Origin: Chrysomallon squamiferum
Taxonomy: Eukaryota; Animalia; Mollusca
DNA length: 64,000 nucleotides
Direction: 5' to 3'
Assembly: GCA_012295275.1 (NCBI GenBank)
Contig: CM022665.1
Location: forward strand, 3,410,001 to 3,474,000
The first letter of the stretch is position 1. The number at the start of each line of letters is the position of its first letter. Below the pieces are notes generated by a model, which was given only the letters and a program-made list of their open reading frames with translations, made no database searches and was not told the DNA's origin. The position numbers and the translations under genes are program-made. Positions 1 through 13,606 of the stretch are shown here, in pieces.

Positions 1-219
1 TCACCCTCTGTCTCCATTCCTTGGGAAGAGTGGTCAGTATATAACACACTTTCCTTTTGCGTGCGTGCCTGTGTGTGTGTGTGTGTGCGTGTGTGCGTGA
101 TGGCATGTGTTTATTATATTAAAAACACTGTTTCTTCTGTTTTAATTGTAGACTGGTATTTTGTGTTTGGTTGTAAGAAACTGTCTTCGCAGCATCAGTA
201 GGAGAATGAAAGCTTGAGT

Positions 220-425
220 GGTAGTAGTAGCAGGAAGTAGTAGAAGTAGTCGTAGAAGTAGTAGAATAGTGGCAGCAGTAGTAGTAGTAGTAGTCATAGT
301 AGTAGTAATAGTGGCAGCAGTAGTAGTAGTAGTAGTCATATTAGTAGTATTAGTAGCAGTAGTCATAGTAGTAGTATTAGTATTATTATTAGTAGTAGTA
401 GTTATAGTAGTAGCAGTAGTAGTAG
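220..425. repeat. (TAG/CAG/TAA)n trinucleotide microsatellite in intron
   Basis: Directly visible gtagtagta runs; source of the poly-Thr/poly-Val ORFs. Confidence 0.9.
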
Positions 426-669
426 AGTTTTCTAAATATTTTTTTTCCATTTTTATTTATTTATATGATTTTGCATTAAATGTGGCATTTTAAATAAGTG
501 TATAATCAATAAATATGTTTCTTAAATCGATTTTAATTTCATTCTTGATTAGATTTTCAATATTTTTTTTTTTTTTTCAATTTATTTATTTTTGTTTTTA
601 ATTTACTTTATTTCAAAAACGTTGACATAATCATGATGCTGACGATAAAACTCGTTGTTAATAATTCAG

Positions 670-855
670 TGCCAAACCAAACCTGACTACACTGGCCCGG
701 TTCTGGGTCCCAAGATGGCTGAGAAAAACGAACGACAGTTCACCGAGGAGCAGTTACTGGAAGCCAAAAATGTCGTTAGTTTACAGTACGGCTCCAACAA
801 AGGGGCCAGCCAAGCAGGCATGAACATCGGCAAAATGAGAAACATCAACGACTGA
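670..855 (+). CDS. Terminal exon of a transgelin/myophilin (calponin-family) actin-binding protein; 5' exons lie outside the window
   Basis: Acceptor ttcag at 665-669, then CQTKPDYTGPVLGPKMAEKNERQFTEEQLLEAKNVVSLQYGSNKGASQAGMNIGKMRNIND*. 'GPK...N.R.FTEEQL' plus a single calponin (CLIK) repeat 'SLQYGSNKGASQAGM' is the typical C-terminus of transgelin/Mp20/myophilin. Confidence 0.9.
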   Translation, partial: CQTKPDYTGPVLGPKMAEKNERQFTEEQLLEAKNVVSLQYGSNKGASQAGMNIGKMRNIND

Positions 856-2304
856 GATAACAAAACCACTGTGTATTCTAAGAATACACAAATTTAATTA
901 CGTACTGGACGCTGACCACTTTTGTCATAATGTATTAATCTGCGATTTAGTCCACGTTAACAATTACTACTATAGCGTACTCAGGAACATTTTATATAAA
1001 TTTATTTATTTTAGAATTTTTTTTTAGGATTATTGTTTGATTGAGACTGGTTTGAATTTGGTTTTTTATAAATAGCGGAAATTGTTCTGTAAACTTTATT
1101 ACTAGCAGTTAGAGTATATAATTATTTTTAGACAGCAGCAGGAACAATAAATAAATAAATAAATAAATAAATAAAATAGAAGAAAAGCAACAAAACATAC
1201 AAATACAATTAAATGCATGTTAATCTGAAATCGTGATTTATCTGTTGTGATTTATGCCAAGTGATCTATTTTATAAAACCTTATTCCTTGATGACAGTCG
1301 CCATTTTTAATGATTTATTTTTTGTTGTTTTCTATCCTTATGTTATACATAATAATAGCAGTTATATTTTTTGTTTGATATTCATGCATTTGTTCTTAAT
1401 ATATTATTGTTTCGCTAATAATTACAATTTTGTTATCTATTTATTTATTTATAAGCACAAATAATTACGTTTTCGTTTCATTCATGTCAGTAGTTGAATA
1501 AAACATACTGTGTGTTGTGAATGTTATAGATTTAAATATGTACTGTTTGACGTGTACATCATTAACCGATATATAGAGATATGAAATAAAATTAAATGTT
1601 ATCGTATAATCTTGTGTTGTTATCACTTCAAGCGAATGTAAATTTGTACCACTGGTGATGCGAATAAAAAAAAAAAAAAAAAATAATAATAATCTATATG
1701 TATTCTGCAAACTTTCAAGCTATGTTTTATTTGGTTTATGTCATCAAATTTTTATTAATAACGACGTATAGCAAAAATAGTGTGAAGTTAAAAAATATCC
1801 AGGCGAAGCCATTTTTCTGTAGTCGTGACGTCATCACGTACGAAACCGATCAATTTGCTTTTGGTTTTTCTAGCGTTTGAGGAATAACAATAATAATCCA
1901 ATTGTAAATGGGTAAACTGTCATAATATAAATGTTTTGAACATATAATTTTATTGTCATACTTTATTCTTAATGACCATAGGTCACTGAAACCAAATAAA
2001 ATAATAACTTTTAAGTATCAGAATTTGAACAGTTCATGTCTCGCGGCCATTAAGCTCCATTTTGAAACAAATCACTTTTTGATAGTAACTTACAAAAGAA
2101 GGTACAATTCCTATTTATTTTGTTTAAATATTAATAATTAAAAATATAAATAAATAAATAAATAAATAAATAAAAACATCATAAATCTAGAAATAAGTAA
2201 ACTTTTAATTTAAGTTTCTTAACATATTTGAAGTGGTCTTTTAAAAGCCAAGATTAACAGTTAAAAAAAAAGTAATAATAATAATAAAAATAAAATTTAA
2301 ATAA

Positions 2305-2339
<35 letters not shown>

Positions 2340-3591
2340 TATATTAAAATAATAATAAAAAAAAAAAAAAATAATAACAAAAAATATATATATATATATA
2401 AAAAAAAATGAAAAGCAATCACCCAAAGACAACAAACCGACAACAAAAACAACAAAAGCCTGTTTTCTCATGTGCACATTTTATTATTATTTTCTTTATT
2501 TTATCTACTGTACCATTCACATGTCATTTTCGTGCGATTGTTATAGGCACATTTTTTTAAATGCTGTAACTGTCCCTTTATTACACGTCATCAAAATGTA
2601 CATACAAAATAGTTATCATTATAAGCTGAATGTAAACAACGCATGAAGCATTTTATTTAAAGATTTTGGAATGTTAATTTTAGATCAGTGTGGTTTTAAT
2701 TAGAGAAACTTTTTATAAACATGCCCAGATTTTACCATGGTTACAGTCACAAATGTACACAATGAAAAATGGCACAAATTCGCGATTATCAGTTCATTAT
2801 TAAAAAATGTGTCATTATACTTATTGGGGCAATTCAAACAGTATGATATTGTAGAAACTGTGATCTTTGTGTCTGTATGAAAGTATTTATAAATTTAGCC
2901 TTTTTTTTTTCTTCTTCTTCATTTTTTATGGAAAGTGTTTAAACATGATACAGGAAGGATACCTTGAAGAAATGACGTATGTTGATTTTTTCAATAGTTC
3001 ATTACCAAGAAATTTCTTTTCCCTACTAGAAAAATGTGGCTTGAAATTATCCAAAAGTTCTATTATTTCATTCCTGAAGCAACCTTCTTTTCTTCAAATA
3101 AATTGTCTCACACAATGGATAGGTTTATTTCCGGTTTGTTCTTAAGGTTACGTCATACGGTAGGTTATATAAATTCTGGATTACAGTCGTCTTCTTATAC
3201 AGACTGCAGTTACCGTATTATTAATTAAATACATATTTGATTAATAACTAATTTTATACAATGTAACTTAATTTAAAAAAAAAATACACAGTATAATGCT
3301 ATTGTTAAATAACAAAAATAGCTGTTTTATTAATAAATTCGTTTTATACATAATGTGTGTGTGTGTGTTTGTGTATGTGTGTAGGTTATGTGTGTGTGTG
3401 TGTGTGTTACACCCAAGGCCCTATAAAATAAAGATGATGATGATGTACCCAAAATTTTCTTTTCTTTTCTATTGTTATTTCTTTTCTTCTCTCTTTTTTT
3501 TTTTTTTTTTCCCTTTCCTTTTTAGGACCTTAAGTTTCCTTACATTATTAACTTTATTGGAAGTGCTTGGTCCACAGTTTCCCGTTAGAAT

Positions 3592-3697
<106 letters not shown>

Positions 3698-4289
3698 TTA
3701 AACTAGTGTTGTCTTCCGCACCAGTGGTATTGTAATATCCAGTCATAGTATAACACTTTATTTCATTAAATACAAAATGTAAATGATAATAATAATAATA
3801 AATAAATAAATGCAAAAAAACCCCATTAATATTGATATATACGGTAATAACCGTATCATAATTATTATAGCCAACTTTTTTTATTTTATTTTTTTAAAGC
3901 AGTTTTTCTCAGATTACAAATCTTAGGATATATATAGGTATTTATTTGTCTCACGTAACCTGGTTTTTAAAGACAAAAAAAGAAATAATTAATGAAATAA
4001 AAAATACTTAGTAACTGATTAATTAATATTTAAATTTTATTATTATTATTATTATTAAAGTATTGTGAGCAGATACGGTGGGACATATATAATACATTAT
4101 AGTGGGACATTTAAAAAAAAGTAAATAATTAAAATTTATTTTGTTGAAATTTTATTCCAATGGTTCTCGAGCCGTTTTGGAGGAAGAGTAACAACAAATA
4201 ATAAGTAATAATGGCAGTAGTTTTAGGGAAGATAATTCTGTTGTTGTTGTTTATCTGGTTGAGGTTACACTTAGAGTCTTTCGTTTTAG

Positions 4290-4858
4290 ATATAAATAGG
4301 GAATCGCAAGAAATCTTATATAGGAATTTCCCTTAAAATAGACTCTTTCTTTTGGATTTTTTTTGTTTTGTTTCTAACTGTCAGCGTCATTCGAAAAGAA
4401 GGAGAGAGTGAAAAGAAAACCAAGAGACTTAGAGAGCAAAATTCAGGATTTTAATTGAATTATGATTGGATATTCACTTCAGGTAATTTTGTTTTACTAA
4501 TAGTGCAAATGTAAAAAGGTATGAAACTGTGTAAACTCTTAAGCAATGACCGGTCGAAATGTTCCAACCATATGCTTTGTCGCCATTGTTTAGTCTGCAG
4601 GCTGAAACAGTGCGATTTCGCGGCTCATTCTCGATTCTGTTACTCACAGTAATATCCGGTTTCCAGAAATTCAGAAAGCCGTCTTTTATTATTTATTTAT
4701 TTATTTTTAAACTGACTACTTTTAAATTTGGCACGCTGTAGTTCGCCAATATGCAGTATGTGCTGTATTGTTTCGGTTTCCGTGACGTACGGGTTGAACG
4801 AGGTCAGTTTTTAAAAGTGAAACTGTTGTTGTACAGGGGTGATCCTTTCACAGTAAGT
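4290..4858 (+). promoter_or_regulatory. Probable promoter and non-coding first exon(s) of the DGCR6 gene
   Basis: Locally CpG-richer segment with TATAAATA near 4291, kB-type GGAATTTCCC at 4323-4332, TTCCGTGACGT near 4777-4788, and splice donors CAG|GTAATT at 4483 and A|GTAAGT at 4853, upstream of the acceptor at 5643-5644. Confidence 0.45.
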
Positions 4859-5648
4859 CACTGTTAATGTTATACACCTGTACAAATGTACTGAGTAAAA
4901 GTTAAATTTATGTTTCTTCATTAATTTTCATCTTCCTTGTACAGAGTAATGTAAGACTTTTAAGTGTTCAGAAGTGCATTTTTTGAATAAATAAATACAT
5001 GTGTAGAGGTAAATATAAATGATTTGGTACCTGTACATTACATAAAAGATATATTTTCAACTAACTGTTACCTATTTTAAAATACTATTTTCTGATATGA
5101 AATAAGTTTGAAATATGATGTGGAACCCTCAGCAGTTAGTGTCGATAGTCTTCATCAATAACATTGATCTATTTGGAGGCCAGTGAGTTGGAGACTTTCA
5201 GCTGTACCGTATATACAAACAGTGATGTTGAAGGGTGACACACAGTGCTTAATCATTCCAAGAAATCAAACGTATGGACCTGATGTCATTCAGTTGACTT
5301 TTTAGAGGTCAACAATTTAAAAGCGATATATTTATATTCAAAGATAATGAAGTTTGCTTGCCTGTTTAATAAACATGAAAGCACCACCAATGTGTGGCCA
5401 TTTTGACCAGTAACAATTAAAACGTATTTTCCTTTATAAAAAAAAAAATGTCAGCTCAGCTTTGTTATTGCAATAACCACTGTAAATGCAAAAATTGTTT
5501 CTCTGTTAGAACAAGTTTTGTGGGTTCTGCTCATCTATTTTTTGAAAATTACATGGCTTTTTATTATATTACATTTTATATATTTATCGGTTCTGGAAAA
5601 GTTATTGTTCTTATTTCTGATGTGTCATATCTAATTTTTAACAGGAAA

Positions 5649-6865
5649 ATGGCAGATGATGATTTAATGCAAAAAGAAGTTCGACAAAGACGACATTATG
5701 CATTGCTGAGTGAACTACAGAAAATGTCGAGAGAACTTCCTGGGTATATTTTGTTTATGATTACACCATATTCTCAGTTGTATTATTCATTAGCTACTCT
5801 TTTAAAATCTGTTGTTTATTAAAGTTTTATTCATAGCTGATGCAGGAAAATGTATTGATGTTTGTTGGAAATGTCCTAAGTTATAACTGCTATTAAGTTC
5901 AGTTTGTAAAACTCATTTGTGTATCCTACATTAATTCTTTTTGTAGAAAATTCCAGCAGCGGATGTCATATGACTTGTTATCCAGCTTGTCCAACGCTCT
6001 CATAGACAAGACAGTGTTTGCAATTGTTCGAAGTTTGGAGGAGGTGCAGCATCTAGAGGAGAAGAGTCTTTATCACCAGAGATTAAAACTTGTTAATGAA
6101 CACAAAGGTATCGCATCATTTTTTACATTTAGTTTTATATTTTCTTTTTAAACAAACTGTCAGTCTTCAGACTGTTTTGAATTAACTTCATTTTGTATTG
6201 TTTGTGATATTTTCCAAGAAATTCTGAAATATATTTGTCTTTCATTTTTATATTTGTGCTTTTATTTAGTTTTTTGCTGTTTTAAAACCATTTTTTTTTT
6301 TTTTTTTTTTTTTCTGTATGTAGCTCAGAGACACGAAATGCAGAAGAAACACAAAGAAGCCATACAGGATTGTCAGTCCAAACCACACAATCTGTCAATT
6401 GTGAAAGCACAGAATGATAGGGAATGGGAGGTTAGTTTTTCTTTTTACAAATAATTATTAACTTATATTAAATATCCATTGCTCAGTATGTTACTCTAAA
6501 CATAATTATTTTATTTTTCTGAAGATTTAACAAACATCTAAGGCAAAAGTGAACCAAAATCTGGTTTTTAATTTAACCATATTTGTCAGAAATTATTAGG
6601 ATATTCTGTTATTATTATTTTATTATATATATATTTATATATTTTTTTTCAGACGATGGAGAGAAGATGTGAAGATGAAGTTAGGAAAAAAGATATGAAA
6701 ATAATTCTTAATCTCGATCAAAAAGTGATGGACCAGCAAGTGATGCTTGAGCGAGCAGGAGTTCCAGGATTCTTTGTGACAAATAACAAACAGGACATTC
6801 GTCTACAGATGTACCTGCTTGAGTTCATGTCACGTCTCAGTAGAATGGACCTGCCTGGAAGTTGA
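5649..6865 (+). CDS. DGCR6: DGCR6 / gonadal (gdl) family protein, 191 aa, 4 coding exons
   Basis: Exons 5649-5743, 5947-6107, 6324-6430, 6653-6865; all GT-AG with matching phases (576 nt). Motifs RQRRHYALLSELQ, QQRMSYDLLSSL..ALID.TVF.IV..L.EVQH..EK.L and LDQKVMDQQVMLERAGVPGFFVT..QDIRLQMYLLEF match the DGCR6 family. AATAAA near 7118. Confidence 0.93.
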
Positions 6866-8179
6866 CACACATATCTCTATTTATCACATGAATTTTAGAT
6901 TTTACTTTACCATTTTATATTTGAGTAACTGTTATACAGATGAAACATTTTAAATGAGATAACTTTTTAATTTATGAAATTGCTTATATTCATTATCAAA
7001 ATGTAATCATATAAATTGTCATGTTAGTATGTAAACATTTGACTGTGTCATTTGTTAATTCTCTTCCCCATATCAGTGATATGTTTTTTCTTGTTATATT
7101 TAGGAATGTTTCCGTGCAATAAAATGTATTTTCAATGAAACAAAACTGTTGTTAGCCACTGATGACCCAGTTTAATTTTTACATACATTGTGTGAAGTTA
7201 ACATTAATAATAATATAACAGTATTATTTGTATGTTTATGTTTGTAAACCTGAATTTAACATTTTAAACAGTCAGATAAAGACAAAGTTCAAGAAATATT
7301 TATTATTATTTTCTGCATTATTTCAGAAACCACATGAACTTCAGAGTTCAGAATTACCTTACTTGTAATAAACCTTTATAATAATTGCATAGAAAATATT
7401 TCGTTTTGTTATATTTTTGCATTATAGACCTTGTATACTCCACTAACTGCTTTCTTGTTGTTGTTAATGGAAATAATAAGTGCACTTGTACATTAATGTT
7501 TTGTTTCATGATGACTAAGAACGAAAATAAGAACTGAATGGGACTGATCCAGTGACTAATCATGCTTTATGTCAGCATTCTAATAAAAGACTATGCATGT
7601 TACACAACTTAATATGCCTGTCATATTCAGATAGATATTCCACTAAATCTGTTTATAACAAAGTTGTCTTATGATAATGTTTAATTTGATTAGAATTTTT
7701 TGTGTAATATACCTATTAAAAAAACATAAAACTATAAGAAAATCCTAGAATTTATAATTCATCAAACTACAGAAAATTTTATATATAGATAAATGTTAAT
7801 CAGTGCAGTGAGAACAACATAAATATTATATTTATTAAGAAAATTTCTTTAAGAAATATTTATTCTTGGCTCTTGTCATTTCACACAAAAAGGTTAGCAA
7901 ATTTTTAACAGGATCTAAAAATCTTGGTAAAATCCACCTGTTTCACATTGTTAGGAAAACCAGAAAAAAAAAAAAAAAAAAGATTGAATCTATCAAAATT
8001 ATTATTACATTTCATAACGCATATCTACAAAAAAAAAAAAAAAAACAGCTGAAAAGCAGGCATTTCAGGGAAAGATTATGGGAAGTTTCCTAGTTGCATA
8101 GACCCCCCCCCCTTTGTGGAAAAGAATAAACAAATTGATTGTGTGTAACCTCTGTTGTACTCTGGGATTTGGAAGTTTG

Positions 8180-8960
8180 TGATATTCGAGGGCAAAGTTA
8201 TTATGGGGTTATTATTTAAAGGTGGCTGGACTTTTAAAGGTGTCCAAGCAAATACCTTGATACTGTATTAAAAAGCTAAATACTTCCACTGTGCAGCTAG
8301 TGTTTCAGCTTGCAGCATTCTAAGCATCTGCAGTAGTTGGGACAATGAAAGAACTGTGTGTCTCTTGTTATCACTTTCTCCAAAGAGGCACAGACACCTG
8401 GAACTAATCTTTGATGGTGTTGACATCACAGGCAAAAAGAAGCTTGTCAACTTGTACTGAACACACTGAAAAACAACCCGCATTTGAGTCAGCAGTTTTG
8501 AGGTATATAAAACCACATTCTCTGACTGCAGAAGAAAGAGCAGAACAGTGTTGTTGCTAATGGCCAGATCAAAGGAGCAGCCATTGCTCTGAGTGATATT
8601 CGATCTGAACTGAACTTCACAGCTTGGTTTGCCCACGCAGTGGATGTGGTGGCAAGCATCAATGAGGAGACAGCAATGCTAAGTAGAACTGTGAACAGAC
8701 GAACATTCAGACAGAACCAGTCCATAAAGACGTCTTATGTTGAACTACCTGCTTGCTGAATCTAGCCAGCTTATCCACGATGTCAAATGCTTGCAGCAGA
8801 ACAAGCATTCCAACTCCCAGGGAGTGTTCAAGTCTTGTTAGTGCTATGGGATGAATAAAGTCCAAGCAGAGTTTCAGGTCTGGTGTGTTAAGTGGAGAAG
8901 AGAAAGCAAACTATGTCAGTGCCTACAACAATTGGTGCCTCCCTGCAGTAACACATCCAT
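8180..8960 (+). mobile_element. Fossil hAT-superfamily transposase (ZMYM1/THAP12-like), with frameshifts and stops
   Basis: Broken + frames read DIRGQSYYG...FKGVQA...KAKYFHCAA...VSACSI...GTMKELC...SPKRHRHLE...KKKLVNLY*TH*, corresponding to the hAT motifs RGQGYDG, YxHCxAH, SPKR and LxxLCxTRW. Confidence 0.75.
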
Positions 8961-8979
8961 GACTTACAGATAGATAGAT

Positions 8980-9289
<310 letters not shown>

Positions 9290-9699
9290 TTCAGACAGTG
9301 ATTTAAAATGTTGTTCCTTGTAAAATTCGACTGACTACGATTGTAGAAAGGTATCATAAAATGTACTTTTTAATGTGTTCTGTGTCATGTAATTTGGTGA
9401 TTATATTAAAATAATAAATAAAAGCTTCGTGTCGTTGCAATAAAATAAACTAGATTTGCTATCGGATTATTGCTACAGGATCAAAGGCATCGTAAAGAGA
9501 GTCAGTTAGGTGAGTGAATGCTGATGCAAAAACACAACAAAACACTCCGAGCTGCATAAATGAAGCCATGGTCAGTGTTTGTGGTGAAACGCAAAAACAC
9601 CCCCGTTCAGAGAAACATTGTATAATGAAGTTCTGTAACTTGTGTTCTCGGCTGATAACCAGCAGCAGTTCAAACACACTGCACAACAACACTAGGTAA

Positions 9700-9880
9700 T
9701 GCAGTAATACACAGACTGATGTCTGAACAATGCCATAAAGCTACTGAGATACTGCAAACAGGGGCAACTTACCAGACTGTATGTAGCAAGGCACTTTCGT
9801 GTCTCCAGACAGACCATCTTCGACTGTTTGTAGTGCAGAGGGAGGCAGGAATTGTCATTACAAGACCAATACGATGTAAT
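9700..9880 (+). mobile_element. Fossil Tc1/mariner transposase N-terminal HTH fragment
   Basis: Joining frames gives SEQCHKATEILQTGATYQTV/ARHFRVSRQTI/RLFVVQREAGIVITRPIR, resembling the Tc1 paired-like HTH (AIGMLQAG...VARHF.VSRQTI.RL...ETG.V.DRPRSG). Disrupted. Confidence 0.6.
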
Positions 9881-10365
9881 GTTTTGGTGCCAACAGAAGG
9901 TAAGATGGCCAGTTGCCAAGTGGAGGATGGTTTTCTCTTGTCACGTGCCAATGGAAGCTCATGTGCACATATGCCTATGTAAATTTAAGGTGGATTATAT
10001 TTATTTGTTTGACCGATATAGTGATTTTATAGTATGCAACAAACAAAAAACAAAAAACAAAAACAAATGAATAATATAATGTTACATTTTATTTTTAATG
10101 CACTTTTCTAACATGCAGTCTCAGTCTGTGCTCATGCATAATGTCTTAACTTACTTGACACATTTCATACCTTTGCCACACAATTTTTGATTTTCAATTT
10201 GTTTTTAACATTCACAAGAAAATGTTTTGTCTATATTATTATATTAATTGGTAGAGCATGCCATGTCAACGATAAAACGCTGTAGATGCTTATAATTATA
10301 AAATTTGACCTTTTAAAAAAACTATTTTACATTTATTATTATTATTCTAATGTTAACAGGAAATA

Positions 10366-10399
<34 letters not shown>

Positions 10400-10678
10400 A
10401 TCCATATAGACATGAAAGCAAACACTGTAGTCTTTGAGAAATCTATCATGAGGCCCTGGTTGGAACGGGTAATAGCTCAAGGATTGCATCAAAAATATTG
10501 TAGTTAACTTTCGATTGCTAGCGTAATTTGGAAAAATGATTTTGTATAATTACAAGCTTTTTTTGTTATCAGGTTTTACTGGGAGCATTCTTTGCTTTTA
10601 CGAATTACTGGCGAAGTTGTCACCTACATCTAGCAAATACACTGCAACGATTTCAAGAATGGTCTTGTATCAAGATTG

Positions 10679-10765
10679 TCTTCTGCGCTAATCTTACTTT
10701 TTTCTGTTTGTTTTTATAATTTCCTTTTTTATATTTTTAAAGCTATTTTTGAGCGTAAGGTGTAT
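10679..10765 (+). repeat. Direct repeat copy A, upstream of the cGLR gene
   Basis: tcttctgcgctaatcttactttt...tgtttgttttta...atatttttaaagctatttttgagcgtaaggtgtat recurs nearly identically at 16895-16979. Confidence 0.85.
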
Positions 10766-11316
10766 TTACCTGATTGGAATTTAGGTATATATGGAATTCA
10801 GAAAAAGAAGATTTTATAAAATAAAAATATCTTCCGCAAAATATATACTTCCAATGAAACAATAATATAAGCTGAATGAGATGAAAGTTGCAGTTTTCTT
10901 CATCACCGACGTAAAATCTTAGTGCTAGTAAAGGCTATATAATAATAAAGATACATTTTTATGTACCATTTCCTCCTGAACACACGGACAAAAACTGAAT
11001 GGATAATGAATTATACTGTAATAATACTTTACATGCAGTGTACGGTGATGTAAATGTAAATGGAATAGAAGATGAATTTCACTTGGCTAAGATTTAAGAA
11101 GTGACACTGGAAATTTGAGAGCCTCTTTCAGTGTGAGAGTGGTTTTTATGAAACAAATGTCAAACAAAAGAGGAGACTGATTAAGGAAATTTCTACTGAG
11201 CGATCTGCTATGCAGTTAAGTATGCAGTATATTCTGAACCAAGTTTCAAACATAATATTAATTTTTCCCATTGACACTAATTAACCACATTTATTCCATC
11301 ATCCTTTGAAAATTTC

Positions 11317-11508
11317 GCTGCTTTTCAAAAATCATAGACCGTGACATATAGCCTATTCATGATCTAGGACGACAGTGAGTAGTGAAGATTTTTATAGATT
11401 TGCTGCTTTTGAAAAATCCACGACAGTAACGTAAACTATGTATTCATAGACCGTGACATGTACCCTATTCATGATCTAGGACGAAAATGAATAGTGAAGA
11501 TTTTTTTA
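11317..11508 (+). repeat. Short local tandem duplication (2 copies)
   Basis: gctgctttt.aaaaatc...catagaccgtgacat.ta.cctattcatgatctaggacga...tga.tagtgaagattttt occurs twice in succession. Confidence 0.8.
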
Positions 11509-12300
11509 TCTAAACAACAGCCGTTGAGTAACAACATAACTATAAAGAGACTGGAATAACGAAGAGACAGGTCGACGAAAGCGTAGAAAGCGGAACTCAA
11601 GGAACATGTACGTATAGTCTCTGTTAATGGCTGCATATGACACAAGTATGTCACAATGTGGCTTTTTAATTTTTATTTATTTTTTAGACATTACAGTTAT
11701 ACGTACTTCATTTGGTGTTAAATATGACACATAGCCGAAATATACTGATACAGTTACTGCTTTTCTTTTGCTACTTTTTATTCACTGTTTTTATTTTTAT
11801 TTAGTTGTTATTATGATTTTTAATGCAAAAGAGTATGTGGATGAACTGTCATGACACTGTTATGTCAACGTAATGAATACATACTCTATAACTGTACTAT
11901 GACTTAATCAACGATTAGCTGTCATTTATTAAATATAATTGATGTCTGGCGAACTGTAATATATAGAGGTAGACACGGACGTGTATTGTCTGTTACGTTT
12001 ATTAACTTATTCAGTTTCATGTGTAGCCTATTTTATCTCGGTGTGTCGTTCACTAAAAATATGATACCCATTTTTCTCGACTAACTGACAGTTTTCTTAG
12101 TATTTGATTCAATAGCGGTTAACTGCAGGCTTACGATGTTTCTTTTTTACACTTAGAGATTCAGGTTATTTTATTTTTCCAATGCAGTCATAAGGTGTTT
12201 AGAGGAAAAAAAAAAAGAAAAAAAGAAAAGAAAAGAACAACGAAACGGTAAATTGTGTTATTATTTTAAAACAATTATCCTTTCTTTTACTTTCTTGTAT

Positions 12301-12333
<33 letters not shown>

Positions 12334-12530
12334 TACCCATTTTCTTTAAAATAATTTATATCAGTTCCATGCCTGACAATCACAATCAAGAGTTCTCATT
12401 TGGTGTTTTCCCGCTCCAGCCTGTGCTCCCTGACGTGACAAACAAGGTGGGCCACGTGTCTAGAAAAAGAAGGCGCTCACGTCGAAGTCTGCGGAACCTA
12501 AGAAAACAGAAGAAGAGGGATTTTTACGTC

Positions 12531-13571
12531 ATGGGACAAATTCTAGAAGTCTACAGAAAGTTCACGACTTATTTTTATCAAATGCGTAAAGCCGTTTTCA
12601 TTTAATTAAAATTTATAAGTGTAGCGTTACAGCAGTGATTCTCTGTTTCATATAATTATCATATAAAAATCTTATGTTTATGTATAATCGTGTTAATATT
12701 AAAATCTAGCCTGAGTCATTAAATATTAAAACACATCTTATTACAGAAATATATTTCTGGGTTGGAAAGCAAAGACTTTTGAGGTTTATGTGTTTTAGTA
12801 TTTGTAGTGACTTTTGTGTTTTGTTAACTGTTTTTTTTTTATTTTTTTTTTTTAATGTTTTTATAACACGTATTCGTGCTATGTAACTAAAAATACTGTT
12901 ATTTATTTTCTTATGTGTTGAGATTGCAGTCAATACACACAGATGGAAATGTGGCCTTAAATATTTTTTTTTTTCTGACGTCTAAATTCATAGTGTTCGC
13001 GAACTGACGACTTCTTTTTTACTTTTTTTTTTTTTTTTTTTTTATTATTATAAGCTCAGTGAGATAATAGTTAATGAGTTTCAAAACCTTTACATTTATG
13101 GATAATATTTATTTGTAGAGTCACTCACGTCTTCAGCTAGTTCATCAGTTAGACGACGCGTACCCGCTCCAAAACAGCTGAAAAGAAAAACAAAAATTCC
13201 GGACAGACAAATTCGTGAGCTGGATCAGATTGTTGACAACATGATGCAGGATGGCGAGATCAGGCGACTAGCAAGAAAGGAAGCAGAATTAAATAAATTT
13301 TTTGAAAAAGATGTTCGTCTCAGCAGAAATGAGATGAATGCAGCTTCGTGCGCCTTCGATGAATTTAAGGCTCATATTCTTAAGGAACTGACGAAGATGA
13401 CGCCTTTCGAATGGAGCTATTTAAACGACGGTTCATATTATGATGGAACAAAGGTCAGTGTGGTAGCTATTTCATAATTTGTAACAATCGAACAATTTGT
13501 GAATCATTAAATAACCGAAACTACCCTTCATGCTGTATAAAGTTTATGTTAAAATAGACTGAACATTATAT

Positions 13572-13606
<35 letters not shown>

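Noticed and set aside
142-493. Thr-rich mucin-like and poly-Val ORFs
   Set aside because: Intronic trinucleotide microsatellite with no supporting splice structure.
1826-1833. Perfect CRE palindrome TGACGTCA
   Set aside because: Isolated 8-mer, not near an identified TSS; about one is expected by chance in a window this size.
5100-5290. GC-richer block in DGCR6 intron 1 as a C/D snoRNA
   Set aside because: Only degenerate C boxes, no terminal stem and no recognisable guide.
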